From an uncultured Chloroflexia bacterium (GTDB lineage Bacteria; Chloroflexota; Chloroflexia; Thermomicrobiales; UBA6265), in NCBI GenBank assembly GCA_963724295.1, contig CAVRUC010000013.1, positions 224,001 to 288,000 on the forward strand: a stretch of DNA of 64,000 nucleotides, in the 5' to 3' direction. Of the stretch, positions 51,360 to 60,789 are shown piece by piece; the stretch's first letter is position 1, and every line of letters begins with the position of its first letter. The notes under the pieces are model-generated. The model was not told the DNA's origin and did not search any database. It saw only the letters and a list, made by a program, of their open reading frames with translations. Made by a program: the position numbers and the translations under genes.

Positions 51360-52427
51360 CTACGGTTCGAGGGTGACCTTGTCTAGCACAGCCGGGTTCG
51401 CCACGGTGCGCGGTCGCTTACCTCGCAGCACCTGCAGCGCTTCGAGCAGCGTCTCCCGCCGCACGACGTCGACCGAGCGCTCCGAGTAATAGGCCGAGTG
51501 CGGGGTGAGGATCACGTTCGACATCCGATAGAAGGGCGAATCGGCCGGCAGCGGTTCCGGATCGACGACGTCCAGCGCCGCACCGGCGACAATCTCTTCT
51601 TGCAATGCCCGAGCCAGCGCCGGCAAGTCGATGATCGGTCCGCGCGCGGTGTTCACCAGCACGGCCGTCCGCTTCATCAGCGCCAGTGCCGCGGCGTTGA
51701 TCAGCCCGCGCGTCTCCGGGGTGAGCGGAGCATGCAGGGTGACGATGTCCGAGCGACGCAGCAGCTCCTCGAGCGTCGCTGGCTCCACCCCGGCGGCAAC
51801 CATCACCTCCGGGTCAATATAGGGATCGGCGGCCACGATCGTGAGATTGAACGGTTTGGCGCGGGCGGCAACGGCCTGCCCGATGCGGCCGAAGCCGACG
51901 ATCCCCAGGGTCTGCTCGCGCAGTGGCTGAATGGGACCGCGCAAGATGCGCCGTGTCGATGGACCATGCTCGACCCAGGCCCCCTCGCGCAGCGCTCGGT
52001 CCTGCTCGACGATACGCCGGTTGAGGGCCAGAATCATCGCCAGGGCGTGATCGGCCACTTCCGACGTGCAATAGCCGGGGTAGTGGGTGACGACGATGCC
52101 GGCGTCGGCAGCGGCCTCCAGATCGACATTGTCGAGCCCCACGCCGTAGCGGGAGATGACTTTGACCCGTGGCATATTCTCAAGCACGCGCCGGGTGACG
52201 GCCTCGCGGGTGCTCACCAGCAGCGCGTCGGCGTCCTGAGCGGCGCGGATCAGATCCTCTTCGCTGGTGCTCGCGCGCCCGACGAGCTCGACGTCGAGAT
52301 CGGTGACACTGGCAGCCAGCTCCCGCTCCAGCTCGAGCCCATGCGTCTCGTTGCCGTAGCGGTCAGAAGTGACCACAACCCTACAGTTGACGGTACCCGC
52401 GGTCCTGGGCGTTATCGTTTCGGTCAT
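51360..52427 (-). CDS. D-2-hydroxyacid dehydrogenase (CtBP-like)
   Basis: RYGVGLDNVD, GIVGFGRIG, VNTARG, LDVVDPEP, LTPHSAYYS. Confidence 0.92.
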   Translation of the reverse strand: MTETITPRTAGTVNCRVVVTSDRYGNETHGLELERELAASVTDLDVELVGRASTSEEDLIRAAQDADALLVSTREAVTRRVLENMPRVKVISRYGVGLDNVDLEAAADAGIVVTHYPGYCTSEVADHALAMILALNRRIVEQDRALREGAWVEHGPSTRRILRGPIQPLREQTLGIVGFGRIGQAVAARAKPFNLTIVAADPYIDPEVMVAAGVEPATLEELLRRSDIVTLHAPLTPETRGLINAAALALMKRTAVLVNTARGPIIDLPALARALQEEIVAGAALDVVDPEPLPADSPFYRMSNVILTPHSAYYSERSVDVVRRETLLEALQVLRGKRPRTVANPAVLDKVTLEP

Positions 52428-52583
52428 CCCTTAGCAACGGCTCCCCATATTTCCGGACTGACGAGCCATACGCGCGCCACCCCGACATCGGATCATTGCC
52501 GGTACTATCGCACAGGGGGAACCTCGGGCTGCACTCGTGAGGGAAACCCGGGGAGAAACCACAGGGGGAAGGGAAGACGAGAA

Positions 52584-52775
52584 ACAGTCCCGACGAGTCC
52601 GACGCTAGCTCAGCTCCCCGTGACTGGACGCTTGGCCACATCGACGCCCCGCAACGGACGTGGCCTTACTATCCAGTCCCGTCTGTGGCTCGCACGACCG
52701 GCGTACCCCGCGATTCGCCCGCCGCCGATGACCGTTCCGGTGGGGAGCCCGCTATGTCCGGCTCCTCGGGACTGT
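52584..52775 (-). ncRNA. Candidate ~192-nt structured RNA, 6S-like
   Basis: 5' ACAGTCCCGA..GCTCCCC pairs with 3' GGGGAGC..TCGGGACTGT; begins 7 nt after a consensus -10; followed by a pyrimidine tract. Confidence 0.65.
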
Positions 52776-52781
52776 ACGGAC

Positions 52782-52810
52782 ACTTTATACGAACACCTAG
52801 CGACTGTCAA
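52782..52810 (-). promoter_or_regulatory. Near-consensus sigma70 promoter TTGACA-N17-TAAAGT
   Basis: Reverse complement of TGTCAA (52805-10) and ACTTTA (52782-87), 17-bp spacer. Confidence 0.8.
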
Positions 52811-53144
52811 GCCCTTAGCTTCGGTGCCGAACACGGCAATTTCATCCAAGGCGCCTCATCATTCTCAAGCGAGCGCGGCACATTACCTACCACCAGCGCC
52901 GAGACAGCACGGGTGTGCCTCTTGTCACAGCCGTTTTTAACCAGGACTGTTAGACGTTTCACATGTTTGCCAAGGAGCTCGCTCCTTGTTACTGTAGGCA
53001 TGGCGTCATCGTCGCGCCGTTCGCCGGTGGTATGCCGGTAGGCGGCGCTGTGGGGTGGGGAACCATTCCGCCGCGGCAGCCATACCGGCCAGCCAGGCAG
53101 GCGTCGCCAGAGCCGCGGGCCCGTACCCAGGTTTCGCAACTTAG

Positions 53145-53173
53145 CGAAACCGGAACCGGCGCCCGTGCGTCAT
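53145..53173 (+). promoter_or_regulatory. Putative ECF-sigma promoter CGAAAC-N17-CGTCAT
   Basis: Same hexamers and spacing as 36678-36706. Confidence 0.6.
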
Positions 53174-53323
53174 GCTCCTTGGAAGGGCTCCGTTGGCCTG
53201 CTTCGAGGAGCAGGACTGGCGAGCCAGGTGCATGCGGTCGTCCGCAGATGGTCGCGCACCAGATAAACGGGGCGAGATTGTTCGCCGGCGGGACCGGCGA
53301 CACAGTGGGGAGGTTGGGTTCAG

Positions 53324-53929
53324 GTGAAGCTACAGCTGTCACGCGTTGCACTCGGTTCGGCAGTGGCGCTCTCGCTGGTTGGCGGGAGCTTGCTGACCGC
53401 ATCGGATGCGATGGCACAGTGTGATACCGGGCAGGTTGACAAGAAGGGCGAGCCGGTCGCGGCGCCCGTCGCGGTGATGATTACCGGCGGCACCATCACC
53501 AACGAGACGGTCATCGACGTTTCCGCCAACGCCGGCACCAGCATCTCGGACGCCAGTGGCGGCAACAACAACCTGGCGCTCACCGGCGGTGGCAATGACG
53601 GTGGCGACGGCGGGGTCGACACCGCGTCCTCCGGTAACGGCGGCGTGGCCACCTCGGCGGCCAACGGCGGGGCGGTTTCGATCCAGGACATCAACTCCGG
53701 TGGGAACGCCGGTAATGCCATCGCGGTCGGCGACACCACCTGCGCGCCGTTCACGGCGCCGGAGAAGCCAGGGAAGGAAGCTCCGGGGAAAGCTCCGGAG
53801 GCCGCCCCTGAGAAGGTCGTGGTTGCGCTCCCGGATACCGGCGTCGGTATCGGCGATGCGTCTGCACTCTTCGCGCTGATCAGCTCGGCTGGCGCCGCGG
53901 CCGCATCCCTCGGGCTGCGCCGCCGCTAA
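53324..53929 (+). CDS. Exported Gly/Asn/Ala-rich repeat protein with LPxTG sortase signal
   Basis: Signal peptide ending AMA; SDASGGNNNLA / GNGGVATSAANGGAVSIQDINSGGNAGNAI; LPDTG + hydrophobic + RRR. Confidence 0.85.
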   Translation: MKLQLSRVALGSAVALSLVGGSLLTASDAMAQCDTGQVDKKGEPVAAPVAVMITGGTITNETVIDVSANAGTSISDASGGNNNLALTGGGNDGGDGGVDTASSGNGGVATSAANGGAVSIQDINSGGNAGNAIAVGDTTCAPFTAPEKPGKEAPGKAPEAAPEKVVVALPDTGVGIGDASALFALISSAGAAAASLGLRRR

Positions 53930-54010
53930 TCGGGTCACCGGCCCCGGCCTGACCGCCGCAAGGAGTCGGACGCGAAAGCGATTCGGGGCCGGCACCAGAC
54001 GCACTGACAC

Positions 54011-54044
54011 GAAGAGGGCTCATCCTTCGGGATGGGCCCTCTTC
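54011..54044 (+). terminator. Hairpin terminator
   Basis: GAAGAGGGCTCATCC-TTCG-GGATGGGCCCTCTTC. Confidence 0.7.
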
Positions 54045-54170
54045 CATATATCCATGACCGGTAGCAAACAACCCTAGTGCGTCGCCCCGTAGAATGCCCT
54101 GCACAGTCAGATCGCGGCGCCTGGGGGCGCGGCAGCAGGGGCGTGGAGCCACCACGCCGGGGGACAGCAC

Positions 54171-54977
54171 GTGGACTTCGTCGTGGTCGGGTTCGGGTTG
54201 GGCGCGCTCGGCGTCCTGCTGGGCGTGGTCATGCTCGGGTGGCTGGCGCCACGGGCGCAGCGAGCCGCGGCGCTCACCCCTTCGTCAGACGACGCGGCCC
54301 GTTGCCAGGCGATCGCGGCCGAGCATCGTGGGACCGGCCGCGCCTTGCTGTACTCCGGCAGCGCGATGCTTCTGGTCACCGTCGGGGCGCTGGGGGGTTC
54401 CCTCGACGATCGCACCGGAGCGCTCCTGGTAACGACGACAGCGACCGTCGCCGCCGTTGGCATTCTCCTCGCGGGATACCTCCAGCGCGCCCGGAATCCC
54501 GCGCCGCCGCGCCGCCGCACCCGCACCGCTCCCGCGGCAAGCACCTCCCTGGTGACGGCTCCTCCCATCGACACCCCGTCGTTCCTCGTCGATGAGCCTC
54601 CGTGGGTCCAGGATGCCGTACCCGGGGAGAGCGATGTTGCGGAATCTACCGCTGAGATTCTCCCAACGGACGACCCGGGTGGGGGAGCGACCATCGCGGA
54701 GCACAGAGCGCCGTTGCTGCCAGCGCCCAGCGGTGACGATTCTTCCGCCGCCGTCGAACGTGATTCGCCGGCAGACTCACCCATCGCCGTGGAAACGCCC
54801 GACTCCGGGATCTGGCAGCCCGCCGGTCGCACATCAGGCAACGGCAGCGAAGAGACGGACTCTGCGGAGAGCGTCGATGCACAAGACGCCGGGCCCGTCG
54901 CTCCCACCGCACGCCTGACCGAGCCGTCACCATCAGGGACAGACGACGAAGATTCACCGCCGCAATGCCGGTCATGA
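54171..54977 (+). CDS. Hypothetical 3-TM protein with acidic disordered tail
   Basis: Hydrophobic N-terminal helices, low-complexity C-terminus. Confidence 0.6.
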   Translation: MDFVVVGFGLGALGVLLGVVMLGWLAPRAQRAAALTPSSDDAARCQAIAAEHRGTGRALLYSGSAMLLVTVGALGGSLDDRTGALLVTTTATVAAVGILLAGYLQRARNPAPPRRRTRTAPAASTSLVTAPPIDTPSFLVDEPPWVQDAVPGESDVAESTAEILPTDDPGGGATIAEHRAPLLPAPSGDDSSAAVERDSPADSPIAVETPDSGIWQPAGRTSGNGSEETDSAESVDAQDAGPVAPTARLTEPSPSGTDDEDSPPQCRS

Positions 54978-55025
54978 GCGCTTGTGGGACGCTCTCGGGT
55001 CCCGCGAGCTTCGCTTGAGCGCGCC

Positions 55026-56148
55026 ATGGGTGCACCACACGAGCTGTTGACTCATAGACGGCTCAACCGGGCCACGCTGGCGCGGCAGATGCTGCTGCGG
55101 CGAGAACGGTGCTCCGCGCTCGAGGCGGTGGAGCGTCTCTGCGGTATGCAGGCTCAGGAACCGCGACCGCCATTCCCCGGTCTCTGGACCCGCCTGCAGG
55201 GGTTCCGTCGCGACGATCTGCACCTGGCGCTGCACGACCGAACGATTGTGCGCGGCACGCTGATGCGCGGCACACTGCACCTTATGAGTGCGGCCGACTA
55301 CGTCGCGCACCGCATCACCCTGCAGCCAATGCTGACGCGATCGCTGGCGCTGCTCGGCCCACGCGCCGAAGGCCTCGTCGCGGAGGAGGTGCTTCCCGTC
55401 GCGCGGGCTCTCCTTGGCGAGCGCCCACGGACCTTCGGTGAGCTGCGCCAGGCTCTGGTCGAGGCATTCCCCGGCATCAATGACCGCGCCCTGGGGTTCA
55501 CGGTGCGCATGAGTCTGCCGCTGGTCATGATTCCGACTGAGGACCGCTGGGGGTTCCCGGCCGACTCGCGTTTCGGGCTGGCGGAGAGCTGGCTGGGAAC
55601 GCCGATCTCCCAGGAGGCCAACCCGGAAGCGCTGATCTTGCGCTATCTGGCCGCGTTCGGACCCGCCACCGCCGGCGACGTTCAGCAGTGGTCGGGGTTG
55701 CAGGCGATCAAACCGGTGCTCGAGTCGCTGCGCCCGCGGTTGGTCGCTGTTTCGAGACGAGCGCGGCCGCACGCTGTTCGATCTCCCCGATGCGCCGCGA
55801 CCGGCGGAGGAGACACCAGCGCCGCCTCGCTTTCTCCCGGAGTTCGACAACCTGGTGCTCTCGCACGCCGACCGGACCCGCGTGCTCGCGGACGAGCATC
55901 GGCATTTCATTCTGGGGGCGAAGAACGGTCGCATCCCGGGCACGGTCCTCGTGGATGGGTGGGTGGCGGGGACCTGGCGGGTGGAGCGCAAGAAACAGAC
56001 GGCCACTCTCGCCATCACGCCTTTTGCTCCACTGGCGAAGAGCCCTGCCGCCGCGCTGGCCGAGGAGGGTGACGCCCTGCTGCGCTTTCTGGAAGATGAC
56101 GCCGTCACCTTCGAGGTGAGGCAGAATCCACCGCTGAGCGCGGACTGA
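55026..56148 (+). pseudogene. AlkZ/HTH_42 winged-helix DNA glycosylase; +1 frameshift near 55748 (probably a sequencing indel)
   Basis: LNRATLARQ.LL, GMQAQ (QxQ), MRGTLH, RYLAAFGPAT; repair gives LVAFRDERGRTLFD..FLPEFDNLVLSH. Confidence 0.85.
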
Positions 56149-56164
56149 GGAAGGAGGCGCCGGC

Positions 56165-57223
56165 GTGACAACCATGCAGGCGGTGGTGAAGACGGAGCGA
56201 GGCGAAGGAAACGTCGCGTTGCGGGAACTGCCCCAGCCGGGGCCTGGCCCGAGGCAGGTGCTCATCGCGGTGCGTGCCGCCGGCATCTGCGGCACTGATC
56301 TGCACATCTACCACGACGAGTTCCCCACCCAACCGCCGGTGGTCCTGGGCCATGAGCTGGCCGGGGAGGTCGTGGCCACCGGCGACGGGGTCACCCGGGT
56401 ATCCGTGGGCGATCGAGTGACGACCGAGACCTACTTCCATCTCTGCGGCACGTGCCGCTTCTGCAGGGGAGGGCAGCCCAATCTCTGCCCGGAACGGCGC
56501 TCGATCGGATCCGGTGTCGACGGCGGGTTCGCGCCCTACGTCGTCGTTCCCGAGCGCAACCTGCACCGCCTCCCGGACACGCTGAATTTCCAGGAAGCCG
56601 CGCTCTGTGAGCCGCTCGCCTGCGTCGTCCACGGCGCGCTCGAATTGCCAAAGGTGACACCCGGCGACGTCGCGGTCGTGGCCGGACCGGGAGCGATCGG
56701 TCTCCTCACCTTGCAGGTGGCGCGCGTCGCCGGCGCTGCGGTGATCGTCCTGGGCACGGCCGCCGACCGTCGCCGTCTTCAACTGGCGGAGGAGCTTGGG
56801 GCGACACGCGTGGTCGACGTCAGTGATGTGGACCCGATCCCCATCGTGCGGGAGCTCACCGCGGGCTGGGGCGCCGACATCGTCTTCGAGTGCTCCGGCG
56901 CGGGACCGGCCGCCCTCTCCCTGCTGGCCCACGTGCGGCGCGGCGGCCAATATGCCCAGATCGGACTTTTCGGCAAGGCGGTGGCCTGGGACCTCGATCA
57001 GGTCTGCATGAAGGAGCTGCGGGTCACCGGCAGCAATGCCTCCGTCCCCTCTGCCTGGCGCACCGCGCTGCGCCTCCTGGCCGACGGCAGTGTGCGGACC
57101 GCGCCGCTGATCTCCGACGTCTACCCGCTAGCCGGTTGGCAGGATGCCTTCACACGCTTCGAGCAGCGCGACGGCGTGAAACTGCTCCTCGATCCGTGGT
57201 CCTCGGCTACGGCCGGTTCCTGA
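56165..57223 (+). CDS. Zinc-binding (MDR) alcohol/polyol dehydrogenase
   Basis: GICGTD, GHE, CGTCRFC..C, GPGAIG; RBS AAGGAGG. Confidence 0.92.
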   Translation: MTTMQAVVKTERGEGNVALRELPQPGPGPRQVLIAVRAAGICGTDLHIYHDEFPTQPPVVLGHELAGEVVATGDGVTRVSVGDRVTTETYFHLCGTCRFCRGGQPNLCPERRSIGSGVDGGFAPYVVVPERNLHRLPDTLNFQEAALCEPLACVVHGALELPKVTPGDVAVVAGPGAIGLLTLQVARVAGAAVIVLGTAADRRRLQLAEELGATRVVDVSDVDPIPIVRELTAGWGADIVFECSGAGPAALSLLAHVRRGGQYAQIGLFGKAVAWDLDQVCMKELRVTGSNASVPSAWRTALRLLADGSVRTAPLISDVYPLAGWQDAFTRFEQRDGVKLLLDPWSSATAGS

Positions 57224-57306
57224 CCTGTTTGTGGAGTTCTTGTAAACTTGTAATAATGTAATCCTTGCCGATGACTTCGTACTTGGCGTTGACATCGAGG
57301 TTTCCC

Positions 57307-57630
57307 ATGAATCAGACCGCAGAGATGAGCAAGATCGTTCGCTCGTTACGTGGCGGGCAGGTCACGATCCCGGCGGCCTTCCGCAAGGAGCTTGGGATTG
57401 AAGAGGAAACCATGCTCCGGATGACGCTTATCGATGGAGAATTGCGGATCAAGCCGGTGCAGATGACCGAGACCCCCAAGGGATCACCGTGGCTGCGCGA
57501 GCTTTACGAGTACTTCGCCCCGGTGCGAGAGGACATCTTGCGGCGAGGAATCTCTGAAGAAGAGGTCAACGCCGATATCGACGCCGCCATTGCCGCGGTA
57601 CGAGCTGAGCAACGTGCCAAGCGGCGATGA
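57307..57630 (+). CDS. AbrB/MazE/SpoVT-family antitoxin
   Basis: GQVTIPAAFRKELGI..ELRIKP; ATGA overlap with the PIN gene. Confidence 0.85.
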   Translation: MNQTAEMSKIVRSLRGGQVTIPAAFRKELGIEEETMLRMTLIDGELRIKPVQMTETPKGSPWLRELYEYFAPVREDILRRGISEEEVNADIDAAIAAVRAEQRAKRR

Positions 57631-58057
57631 GAGGTGTCTTCGACACCGTCATCTTAGTGCGCGGCCTGATCAACCCCTATAGTCTCTGCGGCCGCCTGCT
57701 ATTCGATCACCCCACATCTTACGAACTCATCGTCTCATCAGACATCGTTGTCGAATATTTGAGAGTGGTCAACCGCCCGGAGCTCGTCCAGAAGTACCAC
57801 CAAGTCGAGACGCGCGATCTCCCTGCAATCCTGGAGATAATCGGCAAGGCCACGCTCGTGCAACCGGTGGATACTCCTGTGGTCTGTCGTGATCCGGAGG
57901 ATGACAAGTTCCTTGCGCGGCGAAGGCCGGAAGCGCCCAGTTCATCGTCACCGAGGATCTAGATCTTCTCGATCTCGGCAGCTACGAAGGCATCCAGATC
58001 GTACGGGCTGAGGCATTTCTGCTGGTTCTCGAAGCACTCGCGGGAACGGGAGGATGA
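57627..58057 (+). pseudogene. PIN-domain toxin; frameshift near 57918 (probably a sequencing indel)
   Basis: VFDT, CRDPEDDKFL, then the shifted frame gives AKAGSAQFIVTEDLDLL..* at 58057. Confidence 0.8.
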
Positions 58058-58074
58058 TGGCGGCCGCGCCTGAT

Positions 58075-59070
58075 TCATCCCACACCGATCATCTCGCGTG
58101 CCGCGGTCGCGACATGCCCGGCCGAGATTCCGTAGGCCTCGAGCAGGTAATCGTTTGGCGCGGACTCGCCGTAGACGTCGCGTAGACCGATGCGGCGCAT
58201 CGGCGTCGGCCGCCGCTCGCCGAGCACCTCGGCCACGGCGCTGCCCAGTCCACCGATGATCGAGTGATCCTCGGCGGTCACGATGCGGCCGGTCCGCTCC
58301 GCCAGGGCCACGATGGCGTCGGCATCGATCGGCTTCAGCGTCGGCAGGTGGAGCACGCTCGCCGCGATCCCCTCGCCGGCGAGCAGATCCACCGCCTCCA
58401 GCACGCGCACCGTCTGCACGCCGGTGCCGATCAGCCCGACATCGCCGCCCTCCCGCAACAGGACGCCGGGGCCAATCTGGAACGTGTAATCGTCGGGGAA
58501 GATCACCGGCGACGGGTCGCGGGTCACGCGTAGGTACATCGGCCCAAGGGTCTCCATCATGGCTCGCATGGCGGAGCGGAGCTCGACAGCGTCAGCCGGC
58601 GCGAGCGTCACCACCCCGGGCATGGCGCGGAAGATAGCGATGTCCTCGACGCTCTGGTGGGTCTTGCCGGTCTTGCCGGTGAGAATGCCGGTGTAGCCCC
58701 CACACATTTTGACGTTCAGATGCGGTTGGGCCACGACGATGCGCACCTGGTCCGTGGCGCGGTTCGCCATGAAGGCGGCGAAGGTCGAGAGCCAGGGCAC
58801 GAAGCCGAGCGTCGCCATGCCGGCCGCTACCCCGACCATGTTCTGCTCGGCGATACCCATCTCGAAGAAGCGATCCGGCACAGCCGCGGCGAAGATATCA
58901 GCACGCGTGGAGTTGGCAAGGTCGCCGTCGAGCACCACCAGATCGGAGTACTCCCCGGCCAACTCGACCAGCATCTGTCCCCAGACCTCGCGCAGCGCTT
59001 TCTGTTCCGCTCCGGAGAGGGGCAATGGCTCGACGCGCCGCATGGTTCCCATCGCGCCGCTGCTAGTCAT
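58075..59070 (-). CDS. Transketolase, C-terminal (pyrimidine-binding) subunit
   Basis: MGIAEQNM, THQSVED, EDHSIIGGLG. Confidence 0.92.
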   Translation of the reverse strand: MTSSGAMGTMRRVEPLPLSGAEQKALREVWGQMLVELAGEYSDLVVLDGDLANSTRADIFAAAVPDRFFEMGIAEQNMVGVAAGMATLGFVPWLSTFAAFMANRATDQVRIVVAQPHLNVKMCGGYTGILTGKTGKTHQSVEDIAIFRAMPGVVTLAPADAVELRSAMRAMMETLGPMYLRVTRDPSPVIFPDDYTFQIGPGVLLREGGDVGLIGTGVQTVRVLEAVDLLAGEGIAASVLHLPTLKPIDADAIVALAERTGRIVTAEDHSIIGGLGSAVAEVLGERRPTPMRRIGLRDVYGESAPNDYLLEAYGISAGHVATAAREMIGVG

Positions 59071-59954
59071 GCCGCCTCCACATCCGCGATCGCCGCCAGC
59101 TGCGCGTCGAGCTCGGCCAGCGCGTCCGCGAGCTGGTCGTCGGTTGGCACCTTGGCGTGCCAGTTGAAGTCACCCTCCATGAAGGAGACGCCCTGCCCTT
59201 TGACGGTGTGCGCGACGACACAGGTCGGCAGCCCGGTGAAGGTCCGCGCCGCATCGAACGCCTCGCGGATACTCGCCTGGTCGTGGCCGTCACACTCGAT
59301 GACGTTCCAGCCGAAGGCTCGGAACTTGGCGCCAGGGTCGTCGATCGGTGTCTCGCGGGTGAATCCGCCCGCCTGCGGCCAGCCGAACTGCGGCAGACCG
59401 TTGTAGTCCAGGATGGCCGTGAGGTTGTCGAGCCGGTAGCGGGCGGCCACGAAGACCGCCTCCCAGATCTGCCCCTCCTGGATCTCCCCGTCGCCGAGCA
59501 TCACCCAGGTGCGGAAAGGATGCCCGCGTACCTTCGCTCCCAGCGCCATTCCCGCGCCCGGCGAGAGTCCCTGCCCGAGCGATCCCGTCGACATCTCCAG
59601 ACCCGGCAGGGCATGCATGTCCGGGTGGCCCTGCAACCGCGAGTGCGCCGCATCGAATGTATTGAGCTCCGCAACCGGGAAGTAGCCGCGCATCGCGAGC
59701 ACGGTGTAGAGCGCGATCGAGGAGTGCCCCTTGCTGAGGATGAAGCGATCTCGCTCCGGCCAATCGGGGTTGCCGGGATCGACGTTCATCTGATCGAAGT
59801 AGAGCGCGACGAGGATATCAGCCGCCGAGAGCGGACCGCCGAGGTGCCCGGCTCCCGCGTGGTGGATAGCCTCCACGATCAGCTTGCGCGCCTCGATGCT
59901 CGTGCGCCGCAGATCGTCGAGGGAAGGGCGGCGTTCGGTTGCGGTCATGGACAT
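59067..59954 (-). CDS. Transketolase, N-terminal subunit
   Basis: GHLGG, RDRFILSKGH, LQGHP, GSLGQG, GDGEIQEG; RBS GGAG before ATG 59954. Confidence 0.92.
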   Translation of the reverse strand: MSMTATERRPSLDDLRRTSIEARKLIVEAIHHAGAGHLGGPLSAADILVALYFDQMNVDPGNPDWPERDRFILSKGHSSIALYTVLAMRGYFPVAELNTFDAAHSRLQGHPDMHALPGLEMSTGSLGQGLSPGAGMALGAKVRGHPFRTWVMLGDGEIQEGQIWEAVFVAARYRLDNLTAILDYNGLPQFGWPQAGGFTRETPIDDPGAKFRAFGWNVIECDGHDQASIREAFDAARTFTGLPTCVVAHTVKGQGVSFMEGDFNWHAKVPTDDQLADALAELDAQLAAIADVEAA

Positions 59955-59964
59955 TTCTCCTCGA

Positions 59965-60738
59965 TTACGGCAATGCCGTGACCATCGCACCGTCGACCTG
60001 CGCCGCCAGCCCCGAGACGTACGATGCGGCGGGAGAGAGGAGGAAGGCAGCGAAGCGCCCCAGCTCGATCGGCTCGCCATAGCGACCGAAGGGGATCTCC
60101 TTGCTCGCCTCGGCGGCCACTTGCTCCTGGCTCTTCCCTGTCATCTCTGCCCGGCCCGCGTCAAGGGTGCGGATACGGTCGGTGTCGAAGCGGCCAGGAG
60201 CCAGTGAGTTCACCCGGATGTCCGGCGCCAGCTCTCGCGCCAGCGTCTTGGCCAGCGCCGCTACCCCCGGACGGAGCACATTCGACGTGTCCAGGTTCGG
60301 GATCGGCTGACGCACGGAGGTCGAGGTAATGAAGAGGATTGCTCCGCCCCGGTCCATTCTCGGCACGAGGGCGCGCAGCAGCCGCAACGGGCCACCAATC
60401 AGGAGCTGGTACGCGGCCAGCCACTGCTCGTCGCTGAGCTCCAATGCCGTTCCAGCCGGCGGTCCCCCGGCGTTGACCACCAGGCCGTCGAGCCGGCCGC
60501 CGAATTGCGCTTCAACCTCGTTCGCAACTTGCTCGCCCGTGCCTGGATAGGCCATGTCGGCGGCAACGGCGCACGCCGCCGGCGCCAGCTCGGCGACCGC
60601 CCGGTTGAGACTCTCCTCGTCGCGGGAGACGAGCAACACCCGAGCCCCTTCCGCGACCAGCGCCTGCGCGATGCCGCGGCCCAATCCCTTGCTGCCGCCA
60701 CCGACCACGAACGCCTTGTCTTTCAGCCCCAGGTCCAC
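59965..60738 (-). CDS. SDR family oxidoreductase
   Basis: VGGGSKGLG, NAGGP, SNVLR, VNSLAPG; GTG start. Confidence 0.9.
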   Translation of the reverse strand: MDLGLKDKAFVVGGGSKGLGRGIAQALVAEGARVLLVSRDEESLNRAVAELAPAACAVAADMAYPGTGEQVANEVEAQFGGRLDGLVVNAGGPPAGTALELSDEQWLAAYQLLIGGPLRLLRALVPRMDRGGAILFITSTSVRQPIPNLDTSNVLRPGVAALAKTLARELAPDIRVNSLAPGRFDTDRIRTLDAGRAEMTGKSQEQVAAEASKEIPFGRYGEPIELGRFAAFLLSPAASYVSGLAAQVDGAMVTALP

Positions 60739-60789
60739 CGTGAACCCCTCACGCGGGCGACGCACTGCAAGTTGCAGGCGTCACCTCTA

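Noticed and set aside
52584..52775. FMN, cobalamin or ZTP riboswitch-like fragments (CCCCACCGG, GCGAGCCACAGA, ACGGGGAGC)
   Set aside because: Only isolated sub-motifs; the order and other conserved elements of each class are missing.
51498..52940. 480-aa plus-strand ORF and other long antisense ORFs (e.g. 45792-46964, 22152-23240)
   Set aside because: Shadow frames of real GC-rich genes on the opposite strand, with no motifs.
57230..58070. Toxin-antitoxin pair as part of a mobile element
   Set aside because: Lower GC suggests acquisition, but no transposase, integrase or terminal repeats are visible.
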